A stretch of DNA of 64,000 bases from Candidatus Nitrospinota bacterium M3_3B_026 (GTDB lineage Bacteria > Nitrospinota_A > UBA7883 > JBPRGF01), in NCBI GenBank assembly GCA_051418015.1, contig JBPRGF010000029.1, positions 1 through 64,000 on the forward strand, given 5' to 3'. A program made the translations under genes and the position numbers. Positions 58,973-64,000 of the stretch are shown piece after piece. The notes below the pieces were generated by a model. The model did no database searches. It saw only the letters and a program-made list of their open reading frames with translations, and was not told the DNA's origin. Within the stretch, counting starts at the first letter, position 1. Each line of letters begins with the position of its first letter.

Positions 58973-58993
58973 GTTCTTTTGTCCATGCGGCAA

Positions 58994-59079
58994 TGGCGGA
59001 GGGTGCGGGATTCGAACCCGCGGAACTTTCGTTCAACGGTTTTCAAGACCGCCGCCTTAAACCGCTCGGCCAACCCTCC
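58994..59079 (-). tRNA. tRNA-Ser(TGA)
   Basis: GGAGGGTTGGCCGAGCGGTTTAAGGCGGCGGTCTTGAAAACCG...GGTTCGAATCCCGCACCCTCCGCCA; long variable arm and CCA. Confidence 0.96.
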
Positions 59080-59092
59080 GTTTCTCATTCTA

Positions 59093-60313
59093 TCAGAACA
59101 GCATCCTGGCGCAGGAGAGGTAGTAGGAGCGGAGTTTTCCGCTCTGCTCGTCCTCGCCCCCCGTGAACGAAAGCCCAACCAGCGTCTTTCTGCCCGTCGG
59201 CTTTATGCTTCTGACCACGCACGGGATGGGACCGGCCCTGTCCCCCGAGGGCAGGAAAAGCTCCATGGCCAGCCGCTCCCCCTCGTGGAAGCCCCCCCAG
59301 TTCGACGCGAAAAGGCCCCCGCCCTCGCTCAGGTCCACGATGGCCCCCTCTCCCGCCCCACGCGGCGACACCAGCCTGCCCCTCAGAAAAGTGGTCACCC
59401 GCTGGCTTTTCCGCAGGTTGAAGCTCTGTATCTCCTCAGGATACTGGAGCACCCAAAGGGGGAAAGGGTGCGTGTACTGTTTAATCACCTGGGACTCGAA
59501 GCCGTATATAATCCCCTTGCTTTCAAAGCGGACCACGGCCTCGGCGTGGTGATGGACGACGAGGGGTTTGCCGCGCTCGGCGGGGATGTCCATCAGCGCG
59601 AAACGGGGGAAATGGCTGCCCCGGAGGATGGAGTTGTACCTGGCGCGGGATATCTGTATCTGGCAGCGCGCTCCCACCGCTATCTCCGGCCGGGCGGGGG
59701 GCGGCTCGGAGAAATTCATCCCCGCCCCGCGGTATTCCGTGAGCCGCTTCAAAAAACCCGCCAGCGCCTTCTCGTCGTTGTCGTCGGTTATCTCGAACCT
59801 GCCGCCGTACCTGTACCGGCCGGCCACTATGTCCCTGCTCTTGATGACGAAACCTATCGTGTCGAAGACGGACCCGTCCGGGAAGGCGCCTTTCAGGAAC
59901 AGGAAGGTCTCCAGCTGGAGCGGCTTTTCGCATATGACCTGGCATCCGTCCCTGCTTATGTCTATTATCAGGCCGTCCCAGGTGATCGACTTGTCCCCCA
60001 CGGTGCGGTACATGGTGACCGGCGCCGTCACGGGGAAACGCTCGCTCTCCCTGTAGCTTGTGTCTATGGTCTCCTCCGGCCAGGCGAGCGTCATCAGCCC
60101 TATCTCGATAAACGCGCCGAGTATCCGGGTGGTGAAGCCGTGATAGGCCCCCTCGCGGAAGAGCCTGGCGACGATCTCCGAGCGGTCGCGCGTGTTCCAG
60201 CCTCCTTCGGGGATGTCGACCAGGAGATAGGCCCCCTTTCGCCATCCCCGCACGTTCGTCCGGGCGAAGCCTTTCTCTTTTTCAAGGGATATCTCCTGGT
60301 CCGGCTGGAACAA
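59093..60313 (-). CDS. Tandem PilZN-PilZ (YcgR/flagellar brake-like) c-di-GMP receptor
   Basis: Two RxxxR (RESER, RKSQR) plus DxSxxG (DISRDG, DLSEGG) motifs. Confidence 0.85.
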   Translation of the reverse strand: MFQPDQEISLEKEKGFARTNVRGWRKGAYLLVDIPEGGWNTRDRSEIVARLFREGAYHGFTTRILGAFIEIGLMTLAWPEETIDTSYRESERFPVTAPVTMYRTVGDKSITWDGLIIDISRDGCQVICEKPLQLETFLFLKGAFPDGSVFDTIGFVIKSRDIVAGRYRYGGRFEITDDNDEKALAGFLKRLTEYRGAGMNFSEPPPARPEIAVGARCQIQISRARYNSILRGSHFPRFALMDIPAERGKPLVVHHHAEAVVRFESKGIIYGFESQVIKQYTHPFPLWVLQYPEEIQSFNLRKSQRVTTFLRGRLVSPRGAGEGAIVDLSEGGGLFASNWGGFHEGERLAMELFLPSGDRAGPIPCVVRSIKPTGRKTLVGLSFTGGEDEQSGKLRSYYLSCARMLF

Positions 60314-60400
60314 TCCTTATCCTCCTTCTTTCACGTTCTCAAGGAGACCAAGGGCCCTGGTTTATCGAAACCGGCCATGTTTCGACGCAAATGCCCGTCC

Positions 60401-61870
60401 TCATGTCCGCTGCGCGCTCATCAGGCTCACGAACAGTCTGTACAACGCCTTGTCGTAATCGTCAATAGCCTTGGATATGAGAGCCAGGGCGTCGAAGGGT
60501 TTGAGCGGCTTCTTATAAGCCCTTTTTGTCGTCAGGGCGTCGTATATGTCGATCAGGGCCGCTATCCTCCCGAAATGATGAACCTGCCCGCCGGAGAGGC
60601 CGTATGGATAGCCTGCTCCGGTCAGCTTCTCGTGATGCTGCAACAGTGGGATGAAGGCAAGGTCCGGTATGGCGGGGTTGTCCTTGAGCATCTCGTATCC
60701 CAGGACGACGTGGTCCTTGGCCGCCGTGTACTCCTCCGGCGTGAGCTTGCCGGGCTTGTTGATGATGCCGTGGGGAACGCGGCTTTTCCCTATGTCGTGG
60801 AGCATGGCCCCAAGGCCCAGCTCCCGCAGTTCTTTTGTATCTTTCACCCCGTCCGCGTGGGCCAGGGCGGTGGTCAGCGCGGCGACGTTGACGGAGTGGG
60901 TGTACGTGTCGTAGTCGTAGTCGCGCAGCTTCAAAAGACCGTAGAAGGTCTCCGAGTTGCGGATCACCAGGTCCGTGACGTCGGTCACAGTCTGCCTGGC
61001 CTTGCGCAAAAGCCTCTTGGACCTCGGATTCTTGGCGAGGTTCGCCACCAGCGCCCTGGAGTTTTCCCTCACTATCGCCACTCTCGCCCCTTCGTCCTTT
61101 TCCCTGTCCGAGCGCGCCGTGATGTAGGCCAGGTACGCCTTCCTGTCCGTGTTCCTGATGGCCGTCTCCAGCCCCTTGGTCATCCACCAGGCGCGCTTGC
61201 CCCCCTCGAGTCTTTCCCCCCTGGCCAGGGCAAGCGGCGTTCCGGTCTCGTGGCGGATGTATATGTCGAACCTGAACCTGTCCCCCGCGGCCAGGGCGAT
61301 GGGGTCTATGGAAAAATAATCCCTCTTTATACGAAGGTACTCGTTCGCCCTGACAGGATCCGTGAACAGACCGTCGTAACCCTTTCTTTTCTGCTCCTCC
61401 CGCTCCGCTTCCAGGGAGGCCTGGTACCGGTCGAACAGTTCCTTTTGCGCTTTGGGCACGTGGACGGAGCTGACGCCTGAGCCCCTGAAAAGATCCTCGG
61501 CCTCCTCGCTGTACGCCAGGCCCTTCTTCAGTATCAGCTCGACACTTGCGCCGCTTTTCCGGTAAATATCAACGGGGACCGGCCTGTCCACCCAGAACGC
61601 CGAGAGCGGCGCCTCGAAGGTCTCCTCGACGCCCAGGCCCACGGCCCGTTCGCCGCCAGGCCACTCCTGCTCCCTGCCGCTCGATACATCCGGCCCCTTC
61701 TCGGTGTCTATGAAGACGCTCTGGATGTCGTACTCCTTCAGCTTGGCGATGTCCTTCTCCGAGTCTATCCGGAACCGGCTCATGATCCAGGGGGAGGTCA
61801 GCCAGTCGCTGTCGACCTTTTCCACGAACATGCCGACCCTGACGTCGGAGGTCCTGATTTTTTTAATCAT
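60401..61870 (-). CDS. HD-GYP c-di-GMP phosphodiesterase with N-terminal DUF3391-like domain
   Basis: YTHSVNV, LHDIGK, HHEKLTGAGYP, DIYDALTTKRAYK. Confidence 0.92.
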   Translation of the reverse strand: MIKKIRTSDVRVGMFVEKVDSDWLTSPWIMSRFRIDSEKDIAKLKEYDIQSVFIDTEKGPDVSSGREQEWPGGERAVGLGVEETFEAPLSAFWVDRPVPVDIYRKSGASVELILKKGLAYSEEAEDLFRGSGVSSVHVPKAQKELFDRYQASLEAEREEQKRKGYDGLFTDPVRANEYLRIKRDYFSIDPIALAAGDRFRFDIYIRHETGTPLALARGERLEGGKRAWWMTKGLETAIRNTDRKAYLAYITARSDREKDEGARVAIVRENSRALVANLAKNPRSKRLLRKARQTVTDVTDLVIRNSETFYGLLKLRDYDYDTYTHSVNVAALTTALAHADGVKDTKELRELGLGAMLHDIGKSRVPHGIINKPGKLTPEEYTAAKDHVVLGYEMLKDNPAIPDLAFIPLLQHHEKLTGAGYPYGLSGGQVHHFGRIAALIDIYDALTTKRAYKKPLKPFDALALISKAIDDYDKALYRLFVSLMSAQRT

Positions 61871-62173
61871 ATCGACTGTCTCAAGCCGCGGGCGCTCCGG
61901 TGGGGACAGGCTTTCTCCCCACTGGCCGCTTTCATTGAAGACCGCTAAACATGCCTTATACAATATAATACAATACGTTTTTAAAGGTGGAATGTCCCCC
62001 GTCCGCGGCCGTCCAAAAGGCTGGCCCCGCGTGATCGACGCTCTCAGGCCGATCTTCCGCGGGGGGCATGGCGCACACGGCGGCGGTGTGGCGTTGACGC
62101 CCGCTCGCGCCCGCCTGAACGGAGCGCAAGCGGAGTGAAGGCTTAGCGGCGGGCACAGGCGGCCCGGAAAGGC

Positions 62174-62608
62174 TCAATCCCTGTAGAGGTCGTGGCAGCC
62201 GACGCAGACCTCGGCCATGATGTTCGCCTTCTGCTGCAGTTCCAGCATCGTCGCGATGCCAGCGGCGTCCGCTATCTCCTCCGAGGTCTCGCGGATCAGC
62301 TTCAGGCTCTCCGGGATCAGCGGCGCTATATCCTCCGCGTTCTTCCTGATGTAGGGGGCCACCCCGTCCGCGGGCATCTCGCTCCTTCCGATATCCTCGG
62401 CCGCGTGGCGGATCATGTCACGGTTGTTCGTGAATATCCCGAACTCGATCCGTGAGAAATGAAACGCCATGTCGTGCATGACGTCGATGAGATCCGGCGC
62501 AAGCCGCGTGGCCCCATGCCCGCGCCGTTTCGGCCCGTTTTCGGACTCCGCGCCCGGCGCTGCCGCGATGGCGAGAGCCGCGGCGATCAATACAGCCCGT
62601 TTCAGCAT
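62174..62608 (-). CDS. Cytochrome c'-like periplasmic heme protein
   Basis: Signal peptide, helical body, C-terminal CVGCH. Confidence 0.8.
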   Translation of the reverse strand: MLKRAVLIAAALAIAAAPGAESENGPKRRGHGATRLAPDLIDVMHDMAFHFSRIEFGIFTNNRDMIRHAAEDIGRSEMPADGVAPYIRKNAEDIAPLIPESLKLIRETSEEIADAAGIATMLELQQKANIMAEVCVGCHDLYRD

Positions 62609-62786
62609 AGCAGAATGCCTCCCCCGTTGATCCGGCGACTCGCATATTATACATAAACAGGCGCCTGTAAAGGAGCCCGGAGCGGAAAGCCGCCGCCGCG
62701 CCGCGGGCCGCGGAGAGGATTGTTGCCCGCCCGGCGGGCGCGTGGTGTATAATTCGATGTTGAATAGTTCGACCTTGATATATATT

Positions 62787-63269
62787 ATGGGAACTCACTA
62801 CGAAGGAACGAAAAAAGAGAAAAGGGCGCTCGACCTGTTTATCAAGCTTGCGAGGGCGTCGGAATCGGTGATGGCCGGGCCGGGGGCCGCCGCGCGCGCG
62901 GCGGGTCTTTCACCCAGCCAGTTCGGGGCGCTGGAGACGCTGTATCATCTGGGCCCCATGTGCCAGAGGGAGCTTGGACGCAAGATGCTCAAAAGCGGCG
63001 GGAACATAACCACGGTCGTTGACAACCTGGAGCGGCACGGCCTGGCCCGGCGCGAGCGGGACGCGGAGGACCGGCGTTACATCACGGTGCGCCTGACGCC
63101 GAAGGGCGAAAGACTCATCGTCCGCGTGTTCCCGAAGGTCCTCGCGGAGATCGTGGAGGAGACCGCCGCCCTCACCCCCGCCGAGCAGGAGGAGGCGTCG
63201 AGGCTTTTGAGAAAGCTCGGACACGGCGCGGCGCGGCGGCGCGGCTCCGGGGGTTTTCATCGGGGGTGA
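62787..63269 (+). CDS. MarR-family transcriptional regulator
   Basis: GLSPSQFGALETLYHLGP..SGGNITTVVDNLE..DRR..LTPKG. Confidence 0.93.
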   Translation: MGTHYEGTKKEKRALDLFIKLARASESVMAGPGAAARAAGLSPSQFGALETLYHLGPMCQRELGRKMLKSGGNITTVVDNLERHGLARRERDAEDRRYITVRLTPKGERLIVRVFPKVLAEIVEETAALTPAEQEEASRLLRKLGHGAARRRGSGGFHRG

Positions 63270-63307
63270 ATCTTTTTTATACTTTATGTTTTCAGAGAGG
63301 AGAGACC

Positions 63308-63544
63308 ATGAGCGAGCCCGTTATCGCGGACAAGAGTCCGAAAATGGTGGATCTTGAGCCGGGGACGTATTACTGGTGCGCCTGCGGCCGGTCGAAAAAC
63401 CAGCCCTATTGCGACGGATCGCACGCCGGGACGGACTTCACGCCCGTGGAGTTCTCCGTAGGAGAGAAAAAGGAGGCGGCGCTTTGCATGTGCAAACACA
63501 CCAAGACGCCGCCCTATTGCGACGGATCGCACACGAGCCTCTGA
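63308..63544 (+). CDS. CDGSH iron-sulfur domain protein
   Basis: Two CDGSH motifs. Confidence 0.95.
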   Translation: MSEPVIADKSPKMVDLEPGTYYWCACGRSKNQPYCDGSHAGTDFTPVEFSVGEKKEAALCMCKHTKTPPYCDGSHTSL

Positions 63545-63595
63545 TCGCCGGTGGGGATCGAGAGCGTCACAACCCAATTTTCGCAGGAGGTTTGC

Positions 63596-64000
63596 ATGGC
63601 CCGTTACCGTAACGCGCTGATTCTGTTCCTTGCCGCTTTTTTCCTTCCACTCCCCGCTCAGGCGGCGACCTACGACGTGGACCCCGCCCATACCAGGCTG
63701 GGTTTCGCCGTTAAGCACATGGTGATAAGCACGGTGCGCGGCGAATTCCAGAAATTCTCCGGAGTGTTCGAGATGAACGACGACGGAGCCCTCACGGGCG
63801 CCGAGGCGAGTGTCGACGTCGCCTCTCTCAACACCAGAGATGAAAAGAGGGACAATCACCTGAGGAGTCCGGACTTCTTCGACGTCGAGAAATTCCCGGA
63901 GATGAAGTTTGTCGCGAAGGAGATCACCCGAGATGGGAACGGGTACACCGTCAAGGGCGACCTGACCATAAAGGACGTGACAAGGACCATAACGCTGACC
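63596..64000 (+). CDS. YceI family protein (partial; runs off the window)
   Basis: Translated by hand: signal peptide, YDVDPAHT..FAVKHM..VRGEF..RDNHLRSPDFFD..GDLTIK. Confidence 0.92.
   Translation, partial: MARYRNALILFLAAFFLPLPAQAATYDVDPAHTRLGFAVKHMVISTVRGEFQKFSGVFEMNDDGALTGAEASVDVASLNTRDEKRDNHLRSPDFFDVEKFPEMKFVAKEITRDGNGYTVKGDLTIKDVTRTITLT

Noticed and set aside
58994..59079. tRNA-Ser as a second island integration site
   Set aside because: No nearby integrase, no duplicated 3' end seen, and flanking genes have host-like composition
58979..61480. 833-aa plus-strand ORF
   Set aside because: Antisense shadow of tRNA-Ser, PilZ and HD-GYP genes

Overview
Positions 1 to about 37,900 are the right part of a large integrative conjugative element (ICE). 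It ends at a duplicated 3' half of tRNA-Lys(CTT) at 37856-37900, next to a tyrosine integrase. The element has a minus-strand F-type T4SS operon (traA, L, E, K, B, V, C, split traN, W, U, trbC, S26 peptidase, traF, H, G, dsbC) and a ParM/StbA-like pair cut off from its upstream region by an IS3 element. It also encodes a sigma-factor-like regulator, a 910-aa phage-type primase-helicase with an adjacent TGGTGGA repeat array (candidate origin), and a lambda-like repressor/excisionase switch. Its defence cargo is Shedu, two VapBC pairs, MNT-HEPN, an HD dNTPase-like gene with a partner, and a CapH/CapP-like-regulated ubiquitination-like operon (Ubl-E2 fusion, JAB-E1 fusion, DUF6527-like). No relaxase, coupling protein or left att site is in the window. 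From about 37,900 to 64,000 is GC-rich host chromosome: recN, DUF1848, PPIase, fliE/flgB without flgC, RpoH-like sigma, an AT-richer RloB/AAA insert, pcm, GH57, ABC ATPase, rpe, cinA, cdd, 6S RNA, rny, ymdB, tRNA-Ser, PilZ and HD-GYP proteins, cytochrome c', MarR, CDGSH and a partial YceI. All family calls come from motif recognition by eye; no searches were run.
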